Shown in pieces: positions 9,970-21,577 of a stretch of DNA of 64,000 nucleotides. The notes under the pieces were generated by a model that ran no database searches, had not been told where the DNA came from, and was given only the letters and a program-made list of their open reading frames with translations. The first letter of the stretch is position 1. Every line of letters starts with the position of its first letter. The position numbers and the translations under genes are program-made. The DNA is from an uncultured Planctomycetaceae bacterium (GTDB lineage Bacteria; Planctomycetota; Planctomycetia; Planctomycetales; Planctomycetaceae), in NCBI GenBank assembly GCA_963815195.1, contig CAWFGE010000015.1:224001-288000 (forward strand). Direction: 5' to 3'.

Positions 9970-10161
9970 TTACATGGTGGGAATCTGGTTGCGGTTGATG
10001 CGGCCCTGGCGTCCGCAGCGGTGGCAAATGAAGTAGGCTCCGTCCATGTCCAGCCGGACTTCGAGCGGGCCTTCAATTCGCAGCATCTCGCCCCGCCGGA
10101 CGGCCCGGCACGCCTTGCACGGCAGCCAGCGCAAAATCCACCTGAAAAAACGAAACCGCAT
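9970..10161 (-). CDS. Small Zn-ribbon-like protein
   Basis: 63 aa with CKAC and CHRC pairs, downstream of the kinase on the same strand. Confidence 0.5.
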   Translation of the reverse strand: MRFRFFRWILRWLPCKACRAVRRGEMLRIEGPLEVRLDMDGAYFICHRCGRQGRINRNQIPTM

Positions 10162-10248
10162 CGGGGCCTCCTGCTGTGCCGGGAGATTTTCACGAGGTTT
10201 TCCCAAGCATAGCAGGCTTCGCGGGAAATCCCACGCGTGGGAAACTCG

Positions 10249-11805
10249 TCAGCGCGAGCCGCCGCCCAAGGTTTGGTTGAGAAACTCCAGATCGCCTTCC
10301 AGTTTGTCGAGCATTTCCGTCTGGGCGCCGGCGTCGTCTTCGCCGGTGTTTCCCAGGATGGTCTTGGTGAGCGTTTTGACATCGTACCGCCCCTTCGCGC
10401 CCCGGCGGTTTTCGTAGCGATCGAGCGCCCGGTCCACCGCGGCATTGGCTTCCGACCGGCTGAACCCGCGCGGGCGGGTGGGAGCAGCGGTCCAACCCGT
10501 CCGCCGTTGTTTGGCGCGGAGCTTCGCCTCGGCGGCGCGCTGCATCGCGAGTTCGGCTTCGCGGCGGGCCATCTCGGCATTCTGCCTGTCGGCCTCGGCC
10601 TTCATTTGCTTTTCCGCGAGATAGGAAAACGTCCCCGAAACCACGCCGCCCAGAAGCCCCGTCACCACCACCGCCGCGAACAAGGTCGCCGCGGTCGGAT
10701 TGCGATGGCACCAGCGATACAGCCTTTCGGCTTCGCTGATGGGCCGGCTGAGAATCGGCTCGCCTCTTAGGAACCGGTGCAATTCGTCGGCGAGTTCCTG
10801 GGCCGTCTGAAACCGCCGGGCCGGATCTTTTTCCAGGCACCTCAAGCAGATGGTTTCCAGATCTTTGGGAATGGTCTTATCGACGGTCCGCGGGCTGGGG
10901 GCGGGTTCGCTGACGATCTTCACCAGCAGCGACTGCAGATTCGCTTCCTGAAACGGCCGCAGGCCCGAGAGGAGTTCGTACAAAATCACGCCCAGCGAAT
11001 AGATGTCCGCCCGGCGGTCGGCGGCGTGGGACCGGCCTTGGGCTTGCTCCGGGGCCATGTACGCCGGCGTCCCCAGGATGCTGCCTTCCTTGTGGATTGT
11101 CTGCTCGTCCGATTCCCGTGTGGCCAAACCGAAGTCGGCGACATAAGGCTGCTGCTTCTTGTCGAGCAGGATGTTCGCGGGCTTCAAATCCCGGTGCACC
11201 ACGCCCTCTTGGTGGGCATGATCCACCGCCTCGGCGATTTTGATGAAGAGCTCGATCCCGTCCCGCTGCGAAAGCCGCTGGGCTTTGAGGCGGTCGTCGA
11301 GCGGCTGGCCTTCGATGAAGTCGCTGACGATATAAACCTGGTTCCCCAAGCGGGAGACTTCGTGGATGGAAACGATGTTCGGGTGCCGAAGCTGAGCCGC
11401 CGCCCGCGCCTCGCGGACGAACTGCTCGATCTCGGCCTCGCTGATCAAGCTGCCCCGCGGAATTTTGACGGCGACGGTGCGGTCGAGCTTCGTGTCGTAG
11501 GCCTTGTAAACGGCCCCGCAGGCCCCTTCGCCCAATTTTTTGTCCAACCGAAAATGTCCGACGTGCGGAGCCGCGGTGCATTCGACCGTCGGCGGATTTG
11601 CGGACCGATTGTTCGCCATCGGCCAGGTGTCATCCTGCGGCAGGACGGTGGCCTCGGCATCGGCGGTGGGGAGCATCGTGGCGACTTCGGTCTCCTCCAC
11701 GCCGCCGGGAATGGTGCCCCCGCAGGAATCGCAGGTGATGTCCCAGGTCGATTCCCCCGCGGAGAGGGATTTCGGTTCAGAGCAATGCGGACAGCAAACA
11801 TCCAT
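10249..11805 (-). CDS. Hanks-type Ser/Thr protein kinase with N-terminal Zn ribbon and one TM helix
   Basis: CPHC/CDSC; LGEGACG, VAVK, HRDLKPANILL, DFGLA, GTPAYMAPEQ; hydrophobic segment after the kinase domain. Confidence 0.95.
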   Translation of the reverse strand: MDVCCPHCSEPKSLSAGESTWDITCDSCGGTIPGGVEETEVATMLPTADAEATVLPQDDTWPMANNRSANPPTVECTAAPHVGHFRLDKKLGEGACGAVYKAYDTKLDRTVAVKIPRGSLISEAEIEQFVREARAAAQLRHPNIVSIHEVSRLGNQVYIVSDFIEGQPLDDRLKAQRLSQRDGIELFIKIAEAVDHAHQEGVVHRDLKPANILLDKKQQPYVADFGLATRESDEQTIHKEGSILGTPAYMAPEQAQGRSHAADRRADIYSLGVILYELLSGLRPFQEANLQSLLVKIVSEPAPSPRTVDKTIPKDLETICLRCLEKDPARRFQTAQELADELHRFLRGEPILSRPISEAERLYRWCHRNPTAATLFAAVVVTGLLGGVVSGTFSYLAEKQMKAEADRQNAEMARREAELAMQRAAEAKLRAKQRRTGWTAAPTRPRGFSRSEANAAVDRALDRYENRRGAKGRYDVKTLTKTILGNTGEDDAGAQTEMLDKLEGDLEFLNQTLGGGSR

Positions 11806-12020
11806 CGCAAACTCCCGGCTGGTCAATCTTTGTGGGCGGCACGGCGCTAGCCGCCGGCTTTGTGCGGAACCGGCGGCGAGCGCCGTAGCGCTCATGTGAC
11901 AGTCTCAGGGAAAACCTTGGTTTCCAAAGTTTCGCCGGGCCAGTCGAAGTCTTGTTCCCCGTCACTTTTTCGGAAACCGCCCTGCGAATGGTGTCGCTTT
12001 TAGCGATTATGACAGCGAAA

Positions 12021-12172
12021 CAAGGCGAGCGTGGGGCGTCAGCCCGGGCGTCAGCCCCATGATTCTTCCAAATACCAAAGATTTTGGGTGCTCGATCAGA
12101 ATTGCTTCGAAATCGCAGACGCACTCAAGCGATCGCGAGTCATCATGGGGCTGACGCCCCGCGCTCGCCTTG
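12021..12172. repeat. REP-like inverted doublet
   Basis: CAAGGCGAGCGTGGGGCGTCAGCCC...CATGAT and ATCATGGGGCTGACGCCCCGCGCTCGCCTTG; right arm overlaps the apgM stop. Confidence 0.7.
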
Positions 12173-13370
12173 GCGGAACAAGAGCGGCAGGAGTTCGTGG
12201 CCGGGGAGGCATTCTTTGGCGGTTTGGGCGGTGGGTTCGTTGTAGGTTGGGTTGGCGTCCGCGGTGATGCCCGTGCCTGCGAGGGCGAAGGGGACTTCGC
12301 CGTGGCTGTGGGTTTTGGTTCTTAAGAACGTGGGGTGGTCGGGCGAGATGAGGATCCGATACTCGCCTTGGCTTTTGAGGTATTCGTGCACCGGGCCGAC
12401 GATGTGGCGGTCGATGTTTTCGAGGGCCTGGACCTTGGCGTCGGCATCGCCTTCGTGCGAGGCTTCATCGGTCGCTTCGACATGGACGACGACGAAATCG
12501 GTGCTGTTCAACGTCTCGATCGCGGCCCGGCCCTTGGCGGCGTAATCGGTGTCTGTATAACCCGTCGCTCCGGGGACTTCGACGACTTGCCAACCGAGCA
12601 GGCGGCCGATGCCCCGCAGCAAATCGACGGCCGTGATCACCGCGGCCGTTTTGCCGAAGCGTTCGAGAAACGGCACCATCCCCGGCCGTTTGCCCAAGCC
12701 CCACAGCCAAATCCCGCTGGGCAGTTTCTGACCGGCGGCTCGGCGGGATTTTAGGGCCTCGGACTCGGCGAACAGGCTTTCGCTGCGGTCCATCAAATCC
12801 CTGAGCAAATCGGAACCCGGCCCTTGAGGCAAAGAGGGCTCCACGAGTTGGTCGGTAATATCGTGGGGCGGGACGGTGGCGGTGTGTTTGCTGAAGGGCA
12901 CCTCGGCATTGCGGGCGCGGTAGATCAGGAGGTTCCGGTAGCTGACGCCTTTGTAGAATTTCCACACCGGGCTGCCACATTGGTCGCGCTGCAGAATCTC
13001 GATGCACTCGGCCCCGACTTCGTTCGAGACCTGATGAGCCGTGAAACTTTCCATCCGGCCGGCGGTGATCGTCACCAGGTTGCAGCGGATCGCCCAGTCT
13101 TCCGGGCCCAGTTCGATGCCCTGGGCCGCGGCTTCCAAGGGTGCCCGGCCGGTGTGATAGATCAAGGGGTCATAGCCGAACAAGCTCATCGTGCCCACGT
13201 CGCTGCCGGCCGGCAGTTCGTCCGGAACCGTCGAGCGCCCGCCCGACCAGCCCCTGGCGGGCGACGGCGTCCATGTTCGGAATCCGGGCGGCTTCCAGGG
13301 GCGTTCGGCCCTCGAAACGGTGTTGCGGTTCGTCGGCACATCCGTCGGGGATGATGAGGGCGTATTTCAT
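12143..13370 (-). CDS. apgM: Cofactor-independent phosphoglycerate mutase (ApgM type), one frameshift near 13237
   Basis: MKYALIIPDGCADEP...TPLEAA in one frame; PAGSDV, GRAPLEAAA, HVEATDEASHEGD, PDHPT, THS in the next. Confidence 0.88.
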
Positions 13371-13518
13371 GGAACGATCGGCTGATTCGGGAGCGGGGTT
13401 TCAAAACGGCTTCTGCTCCAATGATAGTTTATGCACCCGCGCGCAGCAAAACACGCCCTGATGCGATGAAGGGTTTTCATCGCATCGGGGCGTGTTGCGA
13501 GCCAATCGCTCCCGGAAG

Positions 13519-13821
13519 TCAGAACACGTCCAAGATGAAGTGGTGGCCTTTGTACCAGGGTTTTTCCGTCGGGTAGAAGTTGTACCAATCCTTGTTATAC
13601 ACCGGAATGCGGCGCTCGGCCGGATAGCGGTAGTACAAGCTGTCGTACTCCTGCGGCGTTTGGAAGTTCTGGGGATAGTAAACGTATGGGTAGTAATAGA
13701 ACCGCTGCCAGTCGGTGGGTTGGCCCCGGCCGGCGGCCGACGCGGAATCGGGAACGAGGCCGATCGCTCCCAGAATCGCCGCCCCAGCGAGCAAAGCGGT
13801 CCGCCATGCTCCGTTTGTCAT
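13519..13821 (-). CDS. Small secreted Tyr/Pro-rich protein
   Basis: Signal peptide then WQRFYYYPYVYYPQNF...GHHFILDVF; AGGAG RBS upstream. Confidence 0.75.
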   Translation of the reverse strand: MTNGAWRTALLAGAAILGAIGLVPDSASAAGRGQPTDWQRFYYYPYVYYPQNFQTPQEYDSLYYRYPAERRIPVYNKDWYNFYPTEKPWYKGHHFILDVF

Positions 13822-14201
13822 CCAATGTCTCCTTGTTCGCTTGCCCCCCGACCGGGAAAAGGTGTTCGCGGGGTCCCGGTCCTGAAACCGGCGCTCGGCG
13901 ACGGGTCGCCGATTCCGCCGGTTGAAAAAAATCCGTCAAGACGTCAATCCCTGACATCTTGGACGGACGCGGCCTTTGGAGTTTTTCTCGCGGTCCTCGT
14001 GACTGCGAGGAAAAACCGGCCATCTTAACAGCAGTATCATCGGCACCGGGCGGAGCGGGACAACACAAAACTTTGCTACGATCCTGCGCAATCGGTTCGA
14101 TTGATTTCGCTCGCGCGCTGGGGATTACCTCGAAAGCGAGCCTTGACACGTTTCGTCGGCAAGAGGTGCTGACGGCCAGACGCCGCGGGTGCAGGCGGGC
14201 C

Positions 14202-14903
14202 CTAGGGGTTCCCGACGTCGAACTCCATGACGAAGCCGTCTTCGGAGGGAGTCCACTGGATGAAGGTGCGGGGATCGGCACTCGTGTACCGGTGGATTTG
14301 CACGGGGCCGTAGGGCACGAGGATCGTGTTTTTGCCTTCCTTCAAGGTGTGCCACACGCCGTTGACGTTCATTTTCACGGGATGGCTTTCGTAGTTGTAA
14401 AACTCGACGGCCGATTTCACAAACGCGGGCTTTTTCGCGGTGACCTGTTTGCCGGCCCCTGCGGGTTCCGTCAAGTCCCGCATCTGTTCCAGCAGCCGGG
14501 CGTTGTCGCCTTCCAGTCGCTTGACCCGCTGGGTTAAGGCTTCGTTGTCGCCTTCGAGCGTTTTCACGCGAAGCGAAAGGGCGGCGTTGTCGCCTTCGAC
14601 GATCGCGAGCTTCCCGCGGAGTTGCTCGACTTCCTTTTGGGCCTCGCCGAGCTTTTGAATCGTGCCGCGAAGGGCCTGGATGTCTTTTTCCAGGTTTGAC
14701 TGTCCGGCCTCTTGAACCGTCTCCTTCGCCGGGGCCGAGTTTTCTCCGGGACCGGTCTTGTTGGCCGCGTTCGTCACGGCGGGGCCTTCTTTGACGAGGC
14801 CCTTGTCCGCAGGAGCCGGCTCTTGGGCCGCGGCTTGGAATCCAACGAGCGAAATCCCCAACAGGGCGGCGAAAAACTTGAGATTCAGATTCTGGTTTGG
14901 CAT
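14202..14903 (-). CDS. Secreted coiled-coil protein
   Basis: Signal peptide; three EGDNxxL heptad-like repeats; small beta-rich C-terminal domain. Confidence 0.7.
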   Translation of the reverse strand: MPNQNLNLKFFAALLGISLVGFQAAAQEPAPADKGLVKEGPAVTNAANKTGPGENSAPAKETVQEAGQSNLEKDIQALRGTIQKLGEAQKEVEQLRGKLAIVEGDNAALSLRVKTLEGDNEALTQRVKRLEGDNARLLEQMRDLTEPAGAGKQVTAKKPAFVKSAVEFYNYESHPVKMNVNGVWHTLKEGKNTILVPYGPVQIHRYTSADPRTFIQWTPSEDGFVMEFDVGNP

Positions 14904-15175
14904 TGTGTTCCCTTCCATCGCATGACATGACCCGAAAACATTTCGGAACCATCACGGTTAATACTCTGGTCGCCCGGCCCGGGAATGTCAACGACACTTG
15001 CAACAATCCCGCCGGATTTGCGGATTCTGGAGGCCGGATTGGAACGAATGATCGCATCAGCGAAGATGGAAGGGCCGTTCGAGCGGGCCGAGAACTTTTG
15101 AGGGCTCCGCTTCACGGCACGGTTTGGGGCACGTAGAATGGGAAAATGGATTTCCCCCTGTGTTGAGATGGAATC

Positions 15176-17108
15176 ATGCCGCGAATCAAGCCGTTGGATC
15201 CGCTGGTGATCAACAAAATCGCCGCGGGCGAAGTCATCGAGCGGCCCGCCAGCGTGGTCAAGGAGCTTCTGGAAAACAGCATCGACGCCCTCGCGACCCG
15301 CATCGACGTGGAGATCGTCCAGGGCGGGAGCGAGTTGATCCGCATCGTGGACGATGGAGAGGGCCTGCATCCGGAGGATTTTTCACTCGCCGTCTCCAGC
15401 CACGCCACCAGCAAGATCCTCTCCGCCGAGGATTTGTTCCACGTGCAGACGATGGGCTTTCGCGGCGAGGCGTTGGCGTCGATCGCTTCGGTGTCTCAAT
15501 TGACCCTCCGCAGCCGGCAGCCGGAGGCCGACATCGGCTACGAGTTGGAAGTCCAAGGCGGCCGGTCGGGAACGCTCCGGGAATGCGGCGGCCCGGTGGG
15601 GACGGCGGTCGAAGTCCGCAACCTGTTCCACAACACCCCCGTCCGCCGGAAGTTCTTGAAAACCACCGCGACCGAGTTCGGGCACATCAGCGAACAGTTC
15701 GCCCGCGTGGCCATCGCCCATCCCCGTTTGCACGCGGTGCTCCGGCACAACGGCAAGCCGATTTACGAACTGCCCGCCACGAATCGGCTGATCGAGAGGC
15801 TGGAGCTGTTCCACGGCTCCAAGCTGGCCGAGCATCTGATCTGGATCGAGTCCGAGACCGACCACATTCGGCTGTGGGGTTACGTGGGGCATCCCAGCCA
15901 GAGCAAATCCAGCCGCAAGAGCCAATTTCTGTTCCTAAACGGCCGGTATATCCAGGACCGGGCACTCCAGCACGCCCTCTCCGAAGCCTACCGTGGCCTG
16001 TTGATGGTGGGCCGGCAGCCGATCGCGTTTTTGTTCCTGGAAGTCCCGCCGGAGATCGTGGATGTCAACGTGCATCCCACGAAAACCGAGGTCCGCTTCC
16101 GGGATGGGCAGCAGCTCTATCGGCAGATGCTTTCCACGCTGCGAACGAAGTTCCTGGGGATGGACCTGGATACGACGTTCGAGCTTCAAGGGAGGCCCGG
16201 CCGCTCTTCCGGTTCCGGGACCGAAACCCAATCTTCGGGAAGCAGGCAGCAGCAGCTCAGCCTGGAAACCGAGTTCGCCGAGTGGGCCAAGGAGAAAATC
16301 GAAAACTGGCAGCCCGTCACGCCGGAATCGGAATCTGCGGAACCGTCGATGGCTTCGCCTTCGGACACGGAACCGCCGGAAAGCGAAACGGAATCGCGGC
16401 AGGATTCAGGTTTCGTTCCGTCGGCGGAATCGTCGCCCCGCGAGTTTTCGGATCAGCAACGACCGGCAACCGAGTCCCGTCAAGTCTCTTTCCCTCCGGC
16501 AACCGCGAAGGATTCCGCCGACCCCACGCCCCGCCGGGCCCGGGTGATGCAGGTACTCGACTGCTACCTGGTGATGGAGACCGAAAAAGGCCTGGTCGTG
16601 GTCGATCAGCACGCCCTGCACGAACGGGTGCTCTTCGAGCAGTTTCGGGGGCGCGTGCTCGCCGGCAAGGTGGAATCGCAAAGGCTCTTGGTGCCGGTGC
16701 CCATTGAAATGAGCCTCAAAGAGACGGCCCTCTTGCTCTCGCACCGCGAACTCCTGGCGGAACTGGGCTTCGGGGTCGAGGAATTTGGCAGCGGGACGAT
16801 TCTGTTGACCGCGTACCCGGCCCTCTTGGCCAAAGCCGACCATGCGAGGTTGATCCGCGATGTGGTCGATCAATTGGATCAGCCGGGCCGGGCTCCGAAC
16901 CGCCGGGATTCTGACGGAACAGCTGTTGAGCATGATGGCCTGCAAAGCCGCGATTAAAGCCGGCCAGCGATTGAAAATCGAGGAGATGGAAAGCCTGTTG
17001 GCCCACAGGCATTTGACGGAGGATTCCCACCACTGCCCCCACGGCCGGCCTACGGAATTGGTGCTCAGCCGGGAAACCCTCGACCGCCAATTCGGCCGGC
17101 TGGGTTAA
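15176..17108 (+). CDS. mutL: DNA mismatch repair endonuclease MutL, frameshift near 16910
   Basis: [54 protein letters not shown] and CPHGRP lie in a shifted frame. Confidence 0.95.
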
Positions 17109-17111
17109 GGG

Positions 17112-17173
17112 GAAAATCCGAAGCACGAAATCCGAAACCCGAAACAAATCCAAAATCCGAATGCCGAAACCCG
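17112..17173. repeat. Degenerate 7-mer tandem repeat (CCGAAAT-type)
   Basis: AAAATCCGAAGCACGAAATCCGAAACCCGAAACAAATCCAAAATCCGAATGCCGAAACCCG. Confidence 0.75.
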
Positions 17174-17237
17174 GATCGAATGAAGATTTGTGTTTCCTTT
17201 CTCGAACCGCGGATTCCCGCGGAAAGCGGAACGCTCC

Positions 17238-19328
17238 ATGAGACAACAGGCGGCGGGATTCGCGCTGGTGGCGTTGCAGGCGACCTTTTTGGCCCTCTTG
17301 TCGCGGACGATCTATTTTCCGGTGCTCGTGGTGCTCGTGGCGGGATGGGGGTCCGTCACCCGCTGGCGGATTCCGCTCAGCCGGGAGCAGGCGTTTTTGC
17401 TCTCGACCGGAGCGGCGTTCTTCTTTCTGCTCAAACATCGCTTTGCCCCGCACGAGTTTCCCTTCGGCTCGCTGTTCATCCGCACGCAGATCGCGTATAT
17501 CATCGCCCAGTATTTGCTGACGATCGAAGCCGCCCAGTTTTTGACCCGCCGAAACGGGGATTCGCTGTCCCCGGTGCTCCCGGCCTTGGGTGCGGTGGCC
17601 CTCGTGTGCATTGCCGACGTGCAAATCACCACCGAGGAGCAGCGGCGGCTCACGCGGCTGTTTGCGGTCGCCTACGCCGTATTGTGGGCGGTCTATTTGT
17701 GGAACTGCCAGAAGTCCCTGCCCACGCCCGCCGAGGGGAACCAACTTGCCCGCCGGCAATCCGCGCGGAGAAGGCGGCTGTTCGCCGGGGCGGGGATTCT
17801 GACCGCGGTCGCGGTCGGGGCGTGGTTTTCCTCGCTGGGGTTTTACCGGTTTGACAAAACGATCGAGAATTGGGTGCTCGGGTGGATGCAGGACTCCCTG
17901 CCCTCCTCGCAACCCGGTTTCAGCCGCTCGTCGCAGTTGGGGTCGATTCGGGATCAAAAGACCGAAGCCGAGAACCAGGTGGCCTTGCGGGTCTATGCGG
18001 AGGAAATGCCGGGCTACCTCCGCGGGGCCGTGTTGACCTCGTTCGAGTCCAGCCAATGGGCGACCACGTCGGTCATGCGGGGGATTCCGCTGATCACGGC
18101 CCCCGAGCCGCCCGCAGGGATGCAGCCCCTGGCGCGGAACGAAATGATTTATATGCACCCCGCGATGCGGGTGCACGCCTCGACGAAGTGGCGGTATCTG
18201 GAATGCTGGCCCGCCCGAGACCACTTGAACGCCTTCACGCCGCTGGGCACGACGCATCTGAAGACGGCGGCGGACCGCGTGGGGGCTTTGCCCTTCGGCG
18301 TGTTTTTGCTCTACGAGCCGGAGGACAGCGTGCCCTACACGGCGTGCGTTCCCGAAACGCCGCCGGCTTATTTCTTGAATCCTCGGATCCGCTTGCTGTG
18401 GCTGGAAGTTCCCCACTTGTATCACGAGCCTTTGGCCGAGATCGCCAAAAGGGTGTTCGCAGACGCCAAGACGACCCGCGACAAAATCCGCGCGGTCGAG
18501 CGGTATTTTCACGAGAATTACCGCTATCATCTGGGCATCCGCGTGCCGAGCGGGCGGGATCCGCTGTTGTTTTTTTTGCAGGAGAAGCCCGCCGCGCACT
18601 GCGAGTATTTTGCGACCGCGGCGGCGATGCTGCTCCGCTCCGGCGGGGTGCCCACGCGGTATGTGACGGGTTTCGTCGCCGCCGAGTGGAACCCCTCGGG
18701 CCGGTATTGGATCGCCCGCAACCGCGACGCCCACGCCTGGGTGGAGGCTTACGACGAAACCCTCGGTTGGATCACCGTGGAAGCCACACCCGCGGGGGGC
18801 GTGCCTTCGACCGCGCCCCCGGAAACGAAATATGCCTGGTGGGAGACGCTCAAAAACGATTGGCGGCGGCTGCGAACGTATCTGGGCCAGGGGCGTTGGG
18901 ATCGGGTGGGGGCCGTGCTCCGCTCCACTGGGGTGAGCTGGACCTTGGGGTTGGTCCTCGCCGGTTTTGCGGTCTATCTGGCGGTTCGCTTCCGAGGCCG
19001 GTCCCGCCGAGCGCGGCCCGAACGGGCGGGGGATCCCGATCTTGCGGAAATGCACAAACTCTTATTGGGGATGGATCAGCAACTCCGCCGGCACGGACTC
19101 ATCCGCGGCCCCAGCGAAACGCTGCATCAATTCGCCCGCCGGGTGCGGGATTGGGAGGGGCAAATCCGCGGCGGAAGCGCGCGGGCGGCCCCGCCGCCGT
19201 TCGCGGAACGGGCGGGGGAATGGTACGACGCCTACGCCGACTTCCGTTACCAAGGCCGCTGGGACTGCCAGACCCGCGCGGTGCTCGAAGCCCGGCTGCC
19301 AAGGCTTGATGGCGAGGACGCCTCCTGA
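17238..19328 (+). CDS. Membrane transglutaminase-like (TgpA-type) protein
   Basis: Multiple TM helices; HCEYFATA, RYVTGF, DAHAWVEAY, GWITVEATP catalytic motifs. Confidence 0.88.
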   Translation: MRQQAAGFALVALQATFLALLSRTIYFPVLVVLVAGWGSVTRWRIPLSREQAFLLSTGAAFFFLLKHRFAPHEFPFGSLFIRTQIAYIIAQYLLTIEAAQFLTRRNGDSLSPVLPALGAVALVCIADVQITTEEQRRLTRLFAVAYAVLWAVYLWNCQKSLPTPAEGNQLARRQSARRRRLFAGAGILTAVAVGAWFSSLGFYRFDKTIENWVLGWMQDSLPSSQPGFSRSSQLGSIRDQKTEAENQVALRVYAEEMPGYLRGAVLTSFESSQWATTSVMRGIPLITAPEPPAGMQPLARNEMIYMHPAMRVHASTKWRYLECWPARDHLNAFTPLGTTHLKTAADRVGALPFGVFLLYEPEDSVPYTACVPETPPAYFLNPRIRLLWLEVPHLYHEPLAEIAKRVFADAKTTRDKIRAVERYFHENYRYHLGIRVPSGRDPLLFFLQEKPAAHCEYFATAAAMLLRSGGVPTRYVTGFVAAEWNPSGRYWIARNRDAHAWVEAYDETLGWITVEATPAGGVPSTAPPETKYAWWETLKNDWRRLRTYLGQGRWDRVGAVLRSTGVSWTLGLVLAGFAVYLAVRFRGRSRRARPERAGDPDLAEMHKLLLGMDQQLRRHGLIRGPSETLHQFARRVRDWEGQIRGGSARAAPPPFAERAGEWYDAYADFRYQGRWDCQTRAVLEARLPRLDGEDAS

Positions 19329-19332
19329 CCGC

Positions 19333-21375
19333 TCAGCGGCTGCCTTTGTCCACCAGGCTGGTTTGGACCGTGGTTTCCCGCTCGATCGAGGCGATCGCCG
19401 AGGCCACCGCCGCGCGGACCGATTGGTTTTGCAGTTCCCGCGCGGGATCGCCGATCAGGTTCCAGTCGATCTCCTCGTCGATTTCAAACCGGTTGGGGAG
19501 TTGATTGCAGCGTTCGACCAAAGCCCGGGAAAGAGCTGGCAGGGCAACGGCGGCCTGGGAACCTAAGCGGGCCAAGGTTTTCGCGGCGAGCGTGCGGACG
19601 AACGGGCTGCCATCGTCCAGGAGCGAGATCATTTGCCAGGCGACGTCCTCGGCATGGCCGGTGTCGTCTCGCTCGGCCAGAAGCCGGCAGGCTCCCAGGC
19701 GGAGGTTGATGTTTTCCGACTTGAGGGCCGCGACATACGCGGCATGGACGGTGTCGCGGTCGATGGGCAGCGAAGCGATGGCTTTGAGGCCGGCGAGCCG
19801 CACGTGGGGCCAACCGCCCGAGGTCGCGTCCGCCACGAGGAGCTGCTCCACGTCCTTGTTTCCCGCGCCCACTTTTCCAAGGGTGGCAATCACGGCGGAC
19901 CGCAATCGCGATTGGCGGGACTGCGGGTGGCCGTGCAGCCGAATCAGCACGTCCAACACCGAGCGATCCGCGTAACCGATGTTCCCGAGGGCCTGGACCG
20001 GCACAATCAGCATCGGATCGCGGGGCGAGGTCCGCTCGATCAGGTTCAACAGGGCGGGAACGGCATCTTGGGCGGCCGGTCCCATCTGGCCCAGGGTCTC
20101 GGCCAGTTCAAACTGCACCACGGGCGGCACGGGCGACGCGGAGGATTCGTGGGCCAACACGCGAATCAATGTCAGCCGTTCCGACATGGCGAACCGAGGC
20201 AGGCCGGACAACGCCCCGGCCGCGGCGATTTGTACGCCGGGCTCGTCCGATTGCAGGCGAGGCAACAGCACGTCGCGGACGACGGCTTCGGCCGTTTGCG
20301 GAGCGGCTTCCCCCAACATCCGGGCCGCCGCTTTCGCGACGCGGGGATGAGAGTCCGACACCATCCGCACCAGAATCCCGACAACCCGCTCGCGATCGTC
20401 CGCGACGCGGACCAAGGCTTCGACCGCCGCCGCCCGCACCGCGGGATCCTCGGCGTTCGTCCACGGCTCCACGGCCCCAAAGGTCTCGGAAGACGGCGGG
20501 AACCGCATCAAGCCTTGCAACACCAGCGGCCGCAGCCGGGGGCGGGTCTCCAAGAGCCCCAACAGCGCCGGCAAGTCGCCGGGGTTGGCCGCGACGCGGT
20601 TTGAATACTGGCTCAACGCGATTTCCAAAATGCCGGCTTGAGCATCCCTCAAGGCCGCCGAAATCTCGGCATCCCGCAGCACCCGCATACTGGAAATGAG
20701 TTCGTAAGCGAGTTGCCGAACCGCGGCGTGAGGGCTTTCGAGACAGTGGCTGATCGCCTGCCGGGCTTCCTCGCCCCGCGATTCGTCATTGGCGAATTGA
20801 GCGAGCAGCCGCAGGCAGCGCTCCTGGGATTGAGGCTCCGCTTCCGGCAGGACCTGGGCAATGTGAGGCACCGCGACCGGCCCCAACCGTTCGAGTCCTC
20901 GTTCCGCGGCATCGAAGATGTCGCCTTCCCGCGACAGCAGCCGCGACGCAAACAGCGGAGCGAGTTTTTCCGGCTGATCGGTCAATTCCGCCACGAGCGC
21001 CAACGCGTTGGCCTGCACCGAAGGCGTCTCGTCCTCGCACAGCGGAAGCAAGTCCGGGAGAGCCTGGCGCGCGGTTTGGCGGGGCATGTAAATGAAGGCC
21101 AACAGGGCATATTCCCGAACGCGGGTGTTGGGGGACCGGAGCGCTTCCCGCAACCGGGGAATCGCCTCTTCCCCTTTCTGGGCCCATTTTTCCGCCGACT
21201 GCGCCCGGTCGATCACATTCGCGTCCGTTTGAAAGAGAGCCTCCAGGATCCGCTCTTCTTCCATTGTCGAAAACAAAAACCACGCGGCGATCCCAAATGC
21301 CGCCACCCCGACACAGGAGATCAAGCGAGGCACAGGCAAGCGCAGACCGGAAGCGTGGAAACTGGGCGCAGTCAT
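19333..21375 (-). CDS. HEAT/PBS-lyase repeat protein with N-terminal membrane anchor
   Basis: Repeated VRxxAAxAL / AVPALxxLL helical units. Confidence 0.85.
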   Translation of the reverse strand: MTAPSFHASGLRLPVPRLISCVGVAAFGIAAWFLFSTMEEERILEALFQTDANVIDRAQSAEKWAQKGEEAIPRLREALRSPNTRVREYALLAFIYMPRQTARQALPDLLPLCEDETPSVQANALALVAELTDQPEKLAPLFASRLLSREGDIFDAAERGLERLGPVAVPHIAQVLPEAEPQSQERCLRLLAQFANDESRGEEARQAISHCLESPHAAVRQLAYELISSMRVLRDAEISAALRDAQAGILEIALSQYSNRVAANPGDLPALLGLLETRPRLRPLVLQGLMRFPPSSETFGAVEPWTNAEDPAVRAAAVEALVRVADDRERVVGILVRMVSDSHPRVAKAAARMLGEAAPQTAEAVVRDVLLPRLQSDEPGVQIAAAGALSGLPRFAMSERLTLIRVLAHESSASPVPPVVQFELAETLGQMGPAAQDAVPALLNLIERTSPRDPMLIVPVQALGNIGYADRSVLDVLIRLHGHPQSRQSRLRSAVIATLGKVGAGNKDVEQLLVADATSGGWPHVRLAGLKAIASLPIDRDTVHAAYVAALKSENINLRLGACRLLAERDDTGHAEDVAWQMISLLDDGSPFVRTLAAKTLARLGSQAAVALPALSRALVERCNQLPNRFEIDEEIDWNLIGDPARELQNQSVRAAVASAIASIERETTVQTSLVDKGSR

Positions 21376-21577
21376 TGGGGGGCAACCTTTGGCCGAAGAG
21401 CGTTGAGGAGGGCGTGTGAGGCGGGATTGTTACGGCAGGAGGATTTTCATCCACTCTCAACACTACCCACTCATAAAACCCATGCCAAGGCAGAATGTTT
21501 CGCGAGTTGCGAAAAAAAACAGGTTCTTCCGGCTAATGAGGGCGGGCAACGACGACGGTGTTAAAGAATATCTGCCT

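Noticed and set aside
16716..19055. 779-aa minus-strand ORF and similar long overlapping ORFs (e.g. 605-1756, 5822-7078, 31560-32801)
   Set aside because: Antisense or alternative-frame shadows of well-supported genes in high-GC DNA, with no motifs.
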